From Leptogorgia sarmentosa (lineage: Eukaryota): 64,000 nt of DNA. The notes beneath the pieces were generated by a model. That model did no database searches. It was given only the letters and a program-made list of their open reading frames with translations, and was not told the DNA's origin. Below are positions 11,034 to 23,265 of the stretch, piece after piece (position 1 is the stretch's first letter; every line of letters starts with the position of its first letter). The DNA is taken from NCBI GenBank assembly GCA_964658305.1, contig OZ210885.1, positions 9,424,001-9,488,000 on the forward strand, read 5' to 3'. Both the position numbers and the translations under genes were made by a program.

Positions 11034-11070
11034 GTCTCTGTGGCGCAATCGGTTAGGGCGTTCGGCTGTT
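11034..11070 (+). pseudogene. 5' half of tRNA-Asn (mirror at ~24795-24831, minus)
   Basis: GTCTCTGTGGCGCAATCGGTTAGGGCGTTCGGCTGTT, followed by unrelated sequence. Confidence 0.7.
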
Positions 11071-11299
11071 CAGACAAGTTAACTCTCCTTGTCCTATATA
11101 GAATGTTGTTTGTTGTGCATACACACGTGCACAACATAAAAACTTGTCATAGAAAGCTTGAACGTATGTAAGGGGCTTAAATGGTAACGTTTTACAAAGA
11201 AAGAAAACAAGGGCAAAATCTTCTCTCTTATTTTTACCATTTTGAAACATCACATTCAGTACAGGAAGGGAAAGTAATATAATTCTACAGCAAGCTTTC

Positions 11300-11610
11300 A
11301 AATAACCAATCAAATGTCGGTATTTTTGAAATCACCAAATTGGCGGCAAAATTTTTGCGTGTTTCCACGTGACATAAACAACTTCAAAATAGTGAATATG
11401 TGAGCAATCACGTTCCAAGAGCATGCCCGTTTTCGCGAGTTTTTTTTGTAACACAATAGAAATAGGGTACGGTCAGCGGATGCACGACAAACAAAAAACT
11501 ACGAACGCTGATTGGTATGGGCGATTTAAATAACCAATCAAATGTCGGTATTTTTGAAATTTTGAAATCACCAAAATGGCGCCAAAAAATTTCGCGTGTT
11601 TCCACTTAAC
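11300..11610. promoter_or_regulatory. Duplicated promoter-like module (CCAAT, TTTGAA, AAAATGGCG, TTTCGCG); mirror at ~24255-24565
   Basis: Two ~70-bp copies (11301-11370, 11529-11610). They share CGCGTGTTTCCAC with the sequence upstream of every zinc-finger ATG. Confidence 0.45.
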
Positions 11611-12222
11611 GAAAACAAATTCTTGATTTCCATAGCATGCCCATTCGCCGGCTATAATATTACTTTTTAACAATTAGTTTTTAATTACTTATATATAGCA
11701 ATGATATACAAATTTTCAAAACTGAAAAACAACATTCTAGAATTGAAATTGGCAAAGGCAATCAAAATTACCACTAAAAACCTTCCATAAATATCAATGG
11801 CATGAAAAATCAAAAATATCTGTCAACTTAGTAACATAATGGCAACCAATGTACAACATGTTGCTTAACCACAAGTTTCAAGGCAGAAACCGTCACTAGT
11901 TATGTGTATTGAAGTGGTTTTCGAGATCAACTGCAATTTCAAATTCTGCATCGCAAATACAACAGATATACCCAATGCCAGTTGCTTCTGTTGCTTCTAA
12001 TTCCTGACAAACATCGCAAATGTATAATATGCCATGGTCACTGCTCCTGTGATGGCTTAAACTTTGAACATCAGGGAACTGTTTGTCACATTTATCACAA
12101 TCATAATCATCATTACTCAAAGCCTCATTTCCATGTGTTTGGACATCAGTTTGGATTATTTCTCTCCCACAAATGCTGCATAATACAAGCTCACCATTCT
12201 TGAAATGTGATTCCTTATGAAG

Positions 12223-12600
12223 TTACAAACTTAGTTCGTCTGTAAATATTGCCTTGCATACATCACACTGAGAATATTGGTTCTCTCCTGCGTGGGCTCT
12301 TTTATGTCTTGCCAAATCACCAGATTGATTAAACCTCTTGTTGCAGACATCACATTCAAAAAGCTTTTCTCCTGTGTGGGTTCTTTTATGTTTTGATAAG
12401 TTACCAGAGTGATTAAACCTCTTGTTGCAGACATCACATTCATAAGGTTTCTCCCCCGTGTGGGATCTTTTATGCCTTGTCAGGCTACCACAGTGAGCAA
12501 ATCTTTTCTCACAAACATCACATTCATATGGCTTTTCTTCTGTTTCTTTCTTTTCATCGATCCTGTCATCTTCTGCCAGCTTCACACTTTTCCTAGGCAT
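12223..12600 (-). CDS. C2H2 zinc-finger protein, short type (3 complete fingers, premature TAA; frame continues to 11896)
   Basis: CxxC...HxxxH repeats with TGEKPYEC linkers. The stop falls inside the 4th finger (LSL*LHKESH). Confidence 0.85.
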   Translation of the reverse strand: MPRKSVKLAEDDRIDEKKETEEKPYECDVCEKRFAHCGSLTRHKRSHTGEKPYECDVCNKRFNHSGNLSKHKRTHTGEKLFECDVCNKRFNQSGDLARHKRAHAGENQYSQCDVCKAIFTDELSL

Positions 12601-13989
12601 GTTGAGCTTGGGGATTTTTGTCTGCTTTCGCGCTCTTAAACCCGAAGTAAAATTTTAACTAAAAATGATCCACCGTATCCTTGGATCTTCCTTTAGCAAA
12701 TGTATTAAAGAGTTTCCCTCTTGAAGAAAGTTTAACCACAGAAAAAGCAAATTATCGACGAAGTTGAGGCAATATAGTCAACCATTACATTGAAAATATG
12801 GCCGAAAAATTCCCGCGTGTTTCCACTTAACATCAAGAAATTCTCGATTGTCAAATTGTGAGCGGTTTTATTTTGCAACAAATAGAATTCAGGGGAAGGC
12901 AATGCTGCGAAGTTTGAAAATACTGTGTGTGTGTGTAATACTGGTGTAGCAAATACAAATTCCAAATGTAATAATACGTATTTCAAAAACATTTTCTTTT
13001 ACTAACAACATTACAAAATATTAAAGTGGAAGTCTACTCGGTGTTGTAAACAAAAGCTTTGAACTGCAAAATTAAAATATGAAAATCTAACTAACACTGT
13101 TTTTGTTTGCTACATGCTTATAAAGGAATGTCAACCAGAGGTTGAATTGAGAAAAAGTGTGAAAAGTGCCTAATTTCAACATTAACTTTTACATTTGAGG
13201 ACTTTCTTTGTTATGCGCAGAACCACTGCGCATTGCGCAGAACGGGTTTGACTTCGACTTCGGGAAATTTCTGGGGGAAAACCAACTTGTTGTTTCTAGT
13301 AAATTTTTGTCCAAAACAAATTCATTATTAATTGTAAGTAAAATTCTTGGAACAAGATGATCATTATTCTTGTTTTGAGTTAATGGTGAAATGCTTTTGC
13401 TAAAACAATCACTCCAAGTGATCGGTTACTATTACGTAGAAATTTGTTTCTATATTTTGTTATTATCACAGTTGATCAAATACACAGTATTTTTGATTTT
13501 GGCATAATTTTTTTTCAAGGCTTAAAACCAGAAATTGTTTCCAATTACTTATTGCATGACACTGAAAGTTCACAAAACGTTTTCGTTGCTCAATTTTGTC
13601 GCCCTATGGCCAAGTTCGGACGTTGAACATTTCGCGTTTCCAATCTAATGGGAATGCTCTAAATGTTTGTTTTGATTGCATTTCTATCACCGTTTGACAC
13701 GTCGAAAGTTCAACAACCAGGGAAATAGTCTCAGTCATGAGAAAAACATTTTTTCTGATTTAATAATATTTACAATTTATTGAAAAAACATCCTACAACA
13801 ATAAAAAATATCAAACAATCCCAAATGAAACAATTTATAAGCAGAGTAGCATCGCTTTAAATTGTGCGACACACCTCATATTAACATGTCCACCTAATAT
13901 TGCTCAAATCAAAGTCAAAATTCTGGCTTTGTTTCTAATACCATACATCATAAGCCTATTTACAATTTTTGTTTGTCGCAGATCACTTT

Positions 13990-15127
13990 TCAAGCTGTAA
14001 CCACTTGATGTTGTGCACTGATGTGGTTTTCTACATCAACTGCAATTTCAAACTCGGCATCGCAAATACAACAGATATACCCAATGCCAGTTGCTTCTGT
14101 TGCTTCTAATTCTTGACACACATCATATTTGTATAAAATGCCATGGTCATTGCTCTTGTGTTGGCTTAAACTTTTAACATCAGGGAACTGTTTGTCACAT
14201 TTATCACAACCACAATCATCATTACACAAAGCCTCATTTCCATGTGTTTGGACATCAGATTGAATCATTTCTCTGCCACAAATGCTGCATAATACAAGCT
14301 CACCATTCTAGAAATGTGATTCCTTATGAAGTTGCAAACTTTGTTCCTCTTTAAATATTGTCTTGCATACAGCACACTGAAAATTTGGGTTCTCTCCTGT
14401 GTGGGTTAGTTTATGTGTTGCTAAGTTACCAGATTGATTAAACCTCTTGTTGCAGAAATCACATTCAAAAAGCATTTCTCCTGTGTGGGTCCTTTTATGT
14501 TTTGCTAAGTTACCAGAGTGATTAAACCTCTTGTTGCAAACATCACATTCATAAGCATTCATAAGATTTTTCTCCTGTATGGGTGCTTTTATGCCTTGCC
14601 AAATCTCCAGAGTGATTAAACCTCTTGTTACAGACATGACATTCATAAGGTTTTTCACCTGTGTGGGTTCTTTTATGTGTTGCTAAGTGAGCAGATTGAT
14701 TAAACCTCTTGTTGCAAACATTACATTCATAAGCTTTTTTTCCTGTGTGGGTTCGTTTATGTGCTGCTAAGTTACCAGACTGATTAAACCTCTTGTTGCA
14801 AACATTACATTCATAAGCTTTTTCTCCTGTGTGGGTTCGTTTATGTACTGCTAAGTTACCAGACTGATTAAACCTCTTGTTGCAAACATCACATTCATAT
14901 GGTTTTTCTCCTGTGTGGGTTCTTTTATGTCTTGCTAAGTCACCAGAGTCATTAAACCTCTTGTTGCAAACATCACATTCATAAGCTTTTTCTCCTATGT
15001 GGGTCCTTTTATGCCTTGTTAGGCTACCACGTTGAGTAAACATTTTCTTACCGACATAACACTGATATTATTTCTCTTCTGTATCGACCTTGTCATCTTT
15101 TCCCACCCTCTCACTTTTCCTAGGCAT
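13990..15127 (-). pseudogene. C2H2 zinc-finger pseudogene, long type (~9 fingers in an 84-bp tandem array)
   Basis: ATG at 15127 (MPRKS...), early TAA (EEK*YQC), 10-bp duplication frameshift at ~14550, TAG after ESHF at 14308; ORF pieces 14549-15043, 14308-14658 and 13990-14268. Confidence 0.9.
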
Positions 15128-15722
15128 GGTTTGAGCTTGGGGATTTTTGTCTGTTTTCGCGCTCTCAAAGTCGAAGTAAAATTTTAACTAAAAATCACCC
15201 ACCGTATCCTTGGATCTTCCTTTAGCAAATGTATTAAAAAGTTTCCCTCTTGAAGAAAGTTTAACCACAGACAAAATCAAATTATCGACGAAGTTGAGGC
15301 AATACAATCAACCGTAATATTGAAAGTATGGCCGAAAAATTTCCGCGTGTTTCCACTTAACATTAAGAAAATCTCAATCACAGAGAATATATGATACAGA
15401 GATATAGATATAACTGGTGTCAATCAATATGAATAAACTCGCATTTCCACGTACCCATTTTTTTTCAATGCGATCGGCAAGAAATGATCAACTGCGCATG
15501 CTTGGCAAGTTTAAATTTAGTCGTCATCAGGTCGTCATCCAATCAGATGCACGCATCTAGTAACTTGCCGAGCATGCGCACAAAAATAGTGGGTACAACA
15601 GTTACACCTGTGTATGAAATATACTCTGTGTCTCGATTATCAAATTGTGCGCCGTTTCCGTTTTGCAACACAAAACCAGTGAGCTACTTAAGAAATAGAA
15701 AACATTTTCCGTGTTTCTATTT

Positions 15723-16322
15723 ACCAATTAGATTACGAGCTCGAGATTTATATGAGGTGATAGTTGATGAGGGCGAAGCCGGAATCAACTATCATCTCGT
15801 AGAAATCGAGAGCAAGTAATCTAATTGTTTTAGTAGAATCAGAGATCAAAAATGAAAATATTGCAAAAAATAATTTAAAAACGCGTCTCAGAAGACATTT
15901 TCTTGAACGATAATAATTCACATATTTTGCTACTCGCTACCTATCGAGGAATAGATAGTGAGTAGAGTAACCAATCAAATTGCAGCATGTGCAATAGTAT
16001 ACGAGTATGATTCTACTAAAGAGTATTAGTAGAATCATACTCGTATACCATTGCAAATGCTGCAATTTGATTTGCTACTCTACTCGCTATCTATTCCTCG
16101 ATAGATAGCGAGTAGCAAAATATGTGAATTATTATCGTTCAAGAAAATGTCTTCTGAGAGGCGTTTTTAAATTATTTTTTGCAATATTTTCATTTTTGAT
16201 CTCTGATTCTACTAAAACAATTAGATTACTTGCTCTCGATTTCTACGAGATGATAGTTGATTCCGGCTTCGCCCTCATCAACTATCACCTCATATAAATC
16301 TCGAGCTCGTAATCTAATTGGT
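15723..16322. mobile_element. Head-to-head pair of hairpin non-autonomous elements forming the palindrome axis
   Basis: Each half has a ~100-nt hairpin (15725-15827, loop GAGGGCGAAGCCGGA) plus inverted repeats tttagtagaatca (15829) / tgattctactaaa (16008-16020). Confidence 0.7.
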
Positions 16323-16914
16323 AAATAGAAACACGGAAAATGTTTTCTATTTCTTAAGTAGCTCACTGGTTTTGTGTTGCAAAACGGAAACGGCGCACAA
16401 CTTGATAATCGAGACACAGAGTATATTTCATACACAGGTGTAACTGTTGTACCCACTATTTTTGTGCGCATGCTCGGCAAGTTACTAGATGCGTGCATCT
16501 GATTGGATGACGACCTGATGACGACTAAATTTAAACTTGCCAAGCATGCGCAGTTGATCATTTCTTGCCGATCGCATTGAAAAAAAATGGGTACGTGGAA
16601 ATGCGAGTTTATTCATATTGATTGACACCAGTTATATCTATATCTCTGTATCATATATTCTCTGTGATTGAGATTTTCTTGATGTTAAGTGGAAACACGC
16701 GGAAATTTTTCGGCCATACTTTCAATATTACGGTTGATTGTATTGCCTCAACTTCGTCGATAATTCGCTTTTTCTGTGGTTAAACTTTCTTCAAGAGGGA
16801 AACTCTTTAATACATTTGCTAAAGGAAGATCCAAGGATATGGTGGATCATTTTTAGTTAAAATTTTACTTCGGGTTTGAGAACGCGAAAGCAAACAAAAA
16901 TCCCCAAGCTCAAC

Positions 16915-17292
16915 ATGCCTAGGAAAAGTGTGAAGCTGGCAAAATATGACAGGATCGATGAAAAGAAAGAAACAGAAGAAAAGCCATATGAATGTGATGT
17001 CTGTAAGAAAAGATTTGCTCACTGTGGTAGCCTGACAAGGCATAAAAGATCCCACACGGGGGAGAAACCTTATGAATGTGATGTCTGCAACAAGAGGTTT
17101 AATCACTCTGGTAACTTATCAAAACATAAAAGCACCCACACAGGAGAAAAGCTTTTTGAATGTGATGTCTGCAACAAGAGGTTTAATCAATCTGGTGATT
17201 TGGCAAGACATAAAAGAGCCCACGCAGGAGAGAACCAATATTCTCAGTGTGATGTATGCAAGGCAATATTTACAGACGAACTAAGTTTGTAA
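16915..17292 (+). CDS. C2H2 zinc-finger protein, short type, copy 1 (premature TAA; frame continues to 17634)
   Basis: MPRKSVK...3 fingers with TGEK linkers...DELSL*. Confidence 0.85.
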   Translation: MPRKSVKLAKYDRIDEKKETEEKPYECDVCKKRFAHCGSLTRHKRSHTGEKPYECDVCNKRFNHSGNLSKHKSTHTGEKLFECDVCNKRFNQSGDLARHKRAHAGENQYSQCDVCKAIFTDELSL

Positions 17293-19033
17293 CTTCATAA
17301 GGAATCACATTTCAAGAATGGTGAGCTTGTATTATGCAGCATTTGTGGGAGAGAAATAATCCAAACTGATGTCCAAACACATGGAAATGAGGCTTTGAGT
17401 AATGATGATTATGATTGTGATAAATGTGACAAACAGTTCCCTGATGTTCAAAGTTTAAGCCAACACAAGAGCAATGACCATGGCATTTTATACAAATGTG
17501 ATGTGTGTCAAGAATTAGAAGCAACAGAAGCAACTGGCATTGGGTATATCTGTTGTATTTGCGATGCCGAGCTTGAAATTGCAGTTGATGTAGAAAACCA
17601 CATCAGTGCACAACATCAAGTGGTTACAGCTTGAAAAGTGTTCTGCGACCAACCAAAATTGTAAATAGGCTTATGATGTATGGTATTAGAAACAAAGCCA
17701 GAATTTTGACTTTGATTTGAGCAATATTAGGTGGACATGTTAATATGAGGTGTGTCGCACAATTTAAAGCGATGCTACTCTGCTTATAAATTGTTTCATT
17801 TGGGATTGTTTGATATTTTTTTATTGTTGTAGGATGTTTTTTCAATAAATTGTAAATATTATTAAATCAGAAAAAATGTTTTTCTCATGACTGAGACTAT
17901 TTCCCTGGTTGTTGAACTTTCGACGTGTCAAACGGTGATAGAAATGCAATCAAAACAAACATTTAGAGCATTCCCATTAGATTGGAAACGCGAAATGTTC
18001 AACGTCCGAACTTGGCCATAGGGCGACAAAATTGAGCAACGAAAACGTTTTGTGAACTTTCAGTGTCATGCAATAAGTAATTGGAAACAATTTCTGGTTT
18101 TAAGCCTTGAAAAAAAATTATGCCAAAATCAAAAATACTGTGTATTTGATCAACTGTGATAATAACAAAATATAGAAACAAATTTCTACGTAATAGTAAC
18201 CGATCACTTGGAGTGATTGTTTTAGCAAAAGCATTTCACCATTAACTCAAAACAAGAATAATGATCATCTTGTTCCAAGAATTTTACTTACAATTAATAA
18301 TGAATATGTTTTGGACAAAAATTTACTAGAAACAACAAGTTGGTTTTCCCCAAGAAATTTCCCGAAGTGGAAGTCAAACCCGTTCTGCGCAATGCGCAGT
18401 GGTTCTGCGCATAACAAAGGAAAGTCCTCAAATGTAAAAGTTAATGTTAAAATTCCGCACTTTTCACACTTTTTCTCAATTCAACCTCTGGTTTACATTC
18501 CTTTATAAGCATGTAGCAAACAAAAACAGTGTTAGTTAGATTTTCATATTTTAATTTTGCAGTTCAAAGCTTTTGTTTACAACACCGAGTAGACTTCCAC
18601 TTTAATATTTTGTAATGTTGTTAGTAAAACAAAATGTTTTTGAAATACGTATTATTACATTTGGAATTTGTATTTGCTACACCAGTATTACACACACACA
18701 CACACACACAGTATTTTCAAACTTCGCAGCATTGCCTTCCCCTGAATTCTATTTGTTGCAAAATAAAACCGCTCACAATTTGACAATCGAGAATTTCCTG
18801 ATGTTAAGTGGAAACACGCGGGAATTTTTCGGCCATATTTTCAATGTAATGGTTGACTATATTGCCTCAACTTCGTCGATAATTTGCTTTTTCTGTGGTT
18901 AAACTTTCTTCAAGAGGGAAACTCTTTAATACATTTGCTAAAGGAAGATCCAAGGATACGGTGGATCATTTTTAGTTAAAATTTTACTTCGGGTTTAAGA
19001 GCGCGAAAGCAGACAAAAATTCCCAAGCTCAAC

Positions 19034-19411
19034 ATGCCTAGGAAAAGTGTGAAGCTGGCAAAAGATGACAGGATCGATGAAAAGAAAGAAACAGAAGAAA
19101 AGCCATATGAATGTGATGTCTGTAAGAAAAGATTTACTCTTTGTGGTAGCCTGACAAGGCATAAAAGATCCCACACGGGGGAGAAACCTTATGAATGTGA
19201 TGTCTGCAACAAGAGGTTTAATCACTCTGGTAACTTATCAAAACATAAAAGCACCCACACAGGAGAAAAGCTTTTTGAATGTGATGTCTGCAACAAGAGG
19301 TTTAATCAATCTGGTGATTTGGCAAGACATAAAAGAGCCCACGCAGGAGAGAACCAATATTCTCAGTGTGATGTATGCAAGGCAATATTTACAGACGAAC
19401 TAAGTTTGTAA
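19034..19411 (+). CDS. C2H2 zinc-finger protein, short type, copy 2 (frame continues to 19753)
   Basis: 125-aa ORF; finger 1 helix reads TLCGSLTR. Confidence 0.85.
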   Translation: MPRKSVKLAKDDRIDEKKETEEKPYECDVCKKRFTLCGSLTRHKRSHTGEKPYECDVCNKRFNHSGNLSKHKSTHTGEKLFECDVCNKRFNQSGDLARHKRAHAGENQYSQCDVCKAIFTDELSL

Positions 19412-21150
19412 CTTCATAAGGAATCACATTTCAAGAATGGTGAGCTTGTATTATGCAGCATTTGTGGGAGAGAAATAATCCAAACTGATGTCCAAACACA
19501 TGGAAATGAGGCTTTGAGTAATGATGATTATGATTGTGATAAATGTGACAAACAGTTCCCTGATGTTCAAAGTTTAAGCCAACACAAGAGCAATGACCAT
19601 GGCATTTTATACAAATGTGATGTGTGTCAAGAATTAGAAGCAACAGAAGCAACTGGCATTGGGTATATCTGTTGTATTTGCGATGCCGAGCTTGAAATTG
19701 CAGTTGATGTAGAAAACCACATCAGTGCACAACATCAAGTGGTTACAGCTTGAAAAGTGTTCTGCGACCAACCAAAATTGTAAATAGGCTTATGATGTAT
19801 GGTATTAGAAACAAAGCCAGAATTTTGACTTTGATTTGAGCAATATTAGGTGGACATGTTAATATGAGGTGTGTCGCACAATTTAAAGCGATGCTACTCT
19901 GCTTATAAATTGTTTCATTTGGGATTGTTTGATATTTTTTTATTGTTGTAGGATGTTTTTTCAATAAATTGTAAATATTATTAAATCAGAAAAAATGTTT
20001 TTCTCATGACTGAGACTATTTCCCTGGTTGTTGAACTTTCGACGTGTCAAACGGTGATAGAAATGCAATCAAAACAAACATTTAGAGCATTCCCATTAGA
20101 TTGGAAACGCGAAATGTTCAACGTCCGAACTTGGCCATAGGGCGACAAAATTGAGCAACGAAAACGTTTTGTGAACTTTCAGTGTCATGCAATAAGTAAT
20201 TGGAAACAATTTCTGGTTTTAAGCCTTGAAAAAAAATTATGCCAAAATCAAAAATACTGTGTATTTGATCAACTGTGATAATAACAAAATATAGAAACAA
20301 ATTTCTACGTAATAGTAACCGATCACTTGGAGTGATTGTTTTAGCAAAAGCATTTCACCATTAACTCAAAACAAGAATAATGATCATCTTGTTCCAAGAA
20401 TTTTACTTACAATTTATAATGAATATGTTTTGGACAAAAATTTACTAGAAACAACAAGTTGGTTTTCCCCGAGAAATTTCCCGAAGTGGAAGTCAAACCC
20501 GTTCTGCGCAATGCGCAGTGGTTCTGCGCATAACAAAGGAAAGTCCTCAAATGTAAAAGTTAATGTTAAAATTCCGCACTTTTCACACTTTTTCTCAATT
20601 CAACCTCTGGTTTACATTCCTTTATAAGCATGTAGCAAACAAAAACAGTGTTAGTTAGATTTTCATATTTTAATTTTGCAGTTCAAAGCTTTTGTTTACA
20701 ACACCGAGTAGACTTCCACTTTAATATTTTGTAATGTTGTTAGTAAAACAAAATGTTTTTGAAATACGTATTATTACATTTGGAATTTGTATTTGCTACA
20801 CCAGTATTACACACACACACACACACAGTATTTTCAAACTTCGCAGCATTGCCTTCCCCTGAATTCTATTTGTTGCAAAATAAAACCGCTCACAATTTGA
20901 CAATCGAGAATTTCTTGATGTTAAGTGGAAACACGCGGGAATTTTTCGGCCATATTTTCAATGTAATGGTTGACTATATTGCCTCAACTTCGTCGATAAT
21001 TTGCTTTTTCTGTGGTTAAACTTTCTTCAAGAGGGAAACTCTTTAATACATTTGCTAAAGGAAGATCCAAGGATACGGTGGATCATTTTTAGTTAAAATT
21101 TTACTTCGGGTTTAAGAGCGCGAAAGCAGACAAAAATCCCCAAGCTCAAC

Positions 21151-21528
21151 ATGCCTAGGAAAAGTGTGAAGCTGGCAAAAGATGACAGGATCGATGAAAA
21201 GAAAGAAACAGAAGAAAAGCCATATGAATGTGATGTCTGTAAGAAAAGATTTACTCTTTGTGGTAGCCTGACAAGGCATAAAAGATCCCACACGGGGGAG
21301 AAACCTTATGAATGTGATGTCTGCAACAAGAGGTTTAATCACTCTGGTAACTTATCAAAACATAAAAGCACCCACACAGGAGAAAAGCTTTTTGAATGTG
21401 ATGTCTGCAACAAGAGGTTTAATCAATCTGGTGATTTGGCAAGACATAAAAGAGCCCACGCAGGAGAGAACCAATATTCTCAGTGTGATGTATGCAAGGC
21501 AATATTTACAGACGAACTAAGTTTGTAA
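21151..21528 (+). CDS. C2H2 zinc-finger protein, short type, copy 3 (frame continues to 21870)
   Basis: 125-aa ORF identical in protein to copy 2. Confidence 0.85.
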   Translation: MPRKSVKLAKDDRIDEKKETEEKPYECDVCKKRFTLCGSLTRHKRSHTGEKPYECDVCNKRFNHSGNLSKHKSTHTGEKLFECDVCNKRFNQSGDLARHKRAHAGENQYSQCDVCKAIFTDELSL

Positions 21529-23265
21529 CTTCATAAGGAATCACATTTCAAGAATGGTGAGCTTGTATTATGCAGCATTTGTGGGAGAGAGATAATCCAA
21601 ACTGATGTCCAAACACATGGAAATGAGGCTTTGAGTAATGATGATTATGATTGTGATAAATGTGACAAACAGTTCCCTGATGTTCAAAGTTTAAGCCAAC
21701 ACAAGAGCAATGACCATGGCATTTTATACAAATGTGATGTGTGTCAAGAATTAGAAACAACAGAAGCAACTGGCATTGGGTATATCTGTTGTATTTGTGA
21801 TGCCGAGCTTGAAATTGCAGTCGATGTAGAAAACCACATCAGTGCACAACATCAAGTGGTTACAGCTTGAAAAGTGTTCTGCGACAAACCAAAATTGTAA
21901 ATAGGCTTATGATGTATGGTATTAGAAACAAAGCCAGAATTTTGACTTTGATTTGAGCAATATTAGGTGGACATGTTAATATGAGGTGTGTCGCACAATT
22001 TAAAGCGATGCTACTCTGCTTATAAATTGTTTCATTTGGGATTGTTTGATATTTTTTTATTGTTGTAGGATGTTTTTTCAATAAATTGTAAATATTATTA
22101 AATCAGAAAAAATGTTTTTCTCATGACTGAGACTATTTCCCTGGTTGTTGAACTTTCGACGTGTCAAACGGTGATAGAAATGCAATCAAAACAAACATTT
22201 AGAGCATTCCCATTAGATTGGAAACGCGAAATGTTCAACGTCCGAACTTGGCCATAGGGCGACAAAATTGAGCAACGAAAACGTTTTGTGAACTTTCAGT
22301 GTCATGCAATAAGTAATTGGAAACAATTTCTGGTTTTAAGCCTTGAAAAAAAATTATGCCAAAATCAAAAATACTGTGTATTTGATCAACTGTGATAATA
22401 ACAAAATATAGAAACAAATTTCTACGTAATAGTAACCGATCACTTGGAGTGATTGTTTTAGCAAAAGCATTTCACCATTAACTCAAAACAAGAATAATGA
22501 TCATCTTGTTCCAAGAATTTTACTTACAATTAATAATGAATTTGTTTTGGACAAAAATTTACTAGAAACAACAAGTTGGTTTTCCCCGAGAAATTTTTCG
22601 AAGTGGAAGTCAAATCCGTTCTGCGCAATGCGCAGTGGTTCTGCGCATAACAAAGGAAAGTCCTCAAATGTAAAAGTTAATGTTAAAATTCCGCACATTT
22701 CACACTTTTTCTCAATTCAACCTCTGGTTTACATTCCTTTATAGGCATGTAGCAAACAAAAACAGTGTTAGTTAGATTTTCATATTTTAATTTTGCAGTT
22801 CAAAGCTTTTGTTTACAACACCGAGTAGACTTCCACTTTAATATTTTGTAATGTTGTTAGTAAAAGAAAATGTTTTTGAAATACGTATTATTACATTTGG
22901 AATTTGTATTTGCTACACCAGTATTACACACACACACACACAGTATTTTCAAACTTCGCAGCATTGCCTTCCCCTGAATTCTATTTGTTGCAAAATAAAA
23001 CCGCTCACAATTTGACAATCGAGAATTTCTTGATGTTAAGTGGAAACACGCGGGAATTTTTCGGCCATATTTTCAATGTAATGGTTGACTATATTGCCTC
23101 AACTTCGTCGATAATTTGCTTTTTCTGTGGTTAAACTTTCTTCAAGAGGGAAACTCTTTAATACATTTGCTAAAGGAAGATCCAAGGATACGGTGGATCA
23201 TTTTTAGTTAAAATTTTACTTCGGGTTTAAGAGCGCGAAAGCAGACAAAAATCCCCAAGCTCAAC

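Noticed and set aside
15484..16561. Mirrored 111-aa ORFs as genes
   Set aside because: They run into a hairpin repeat element, show no recognisable domain, and their identity is explained by the palindrome.
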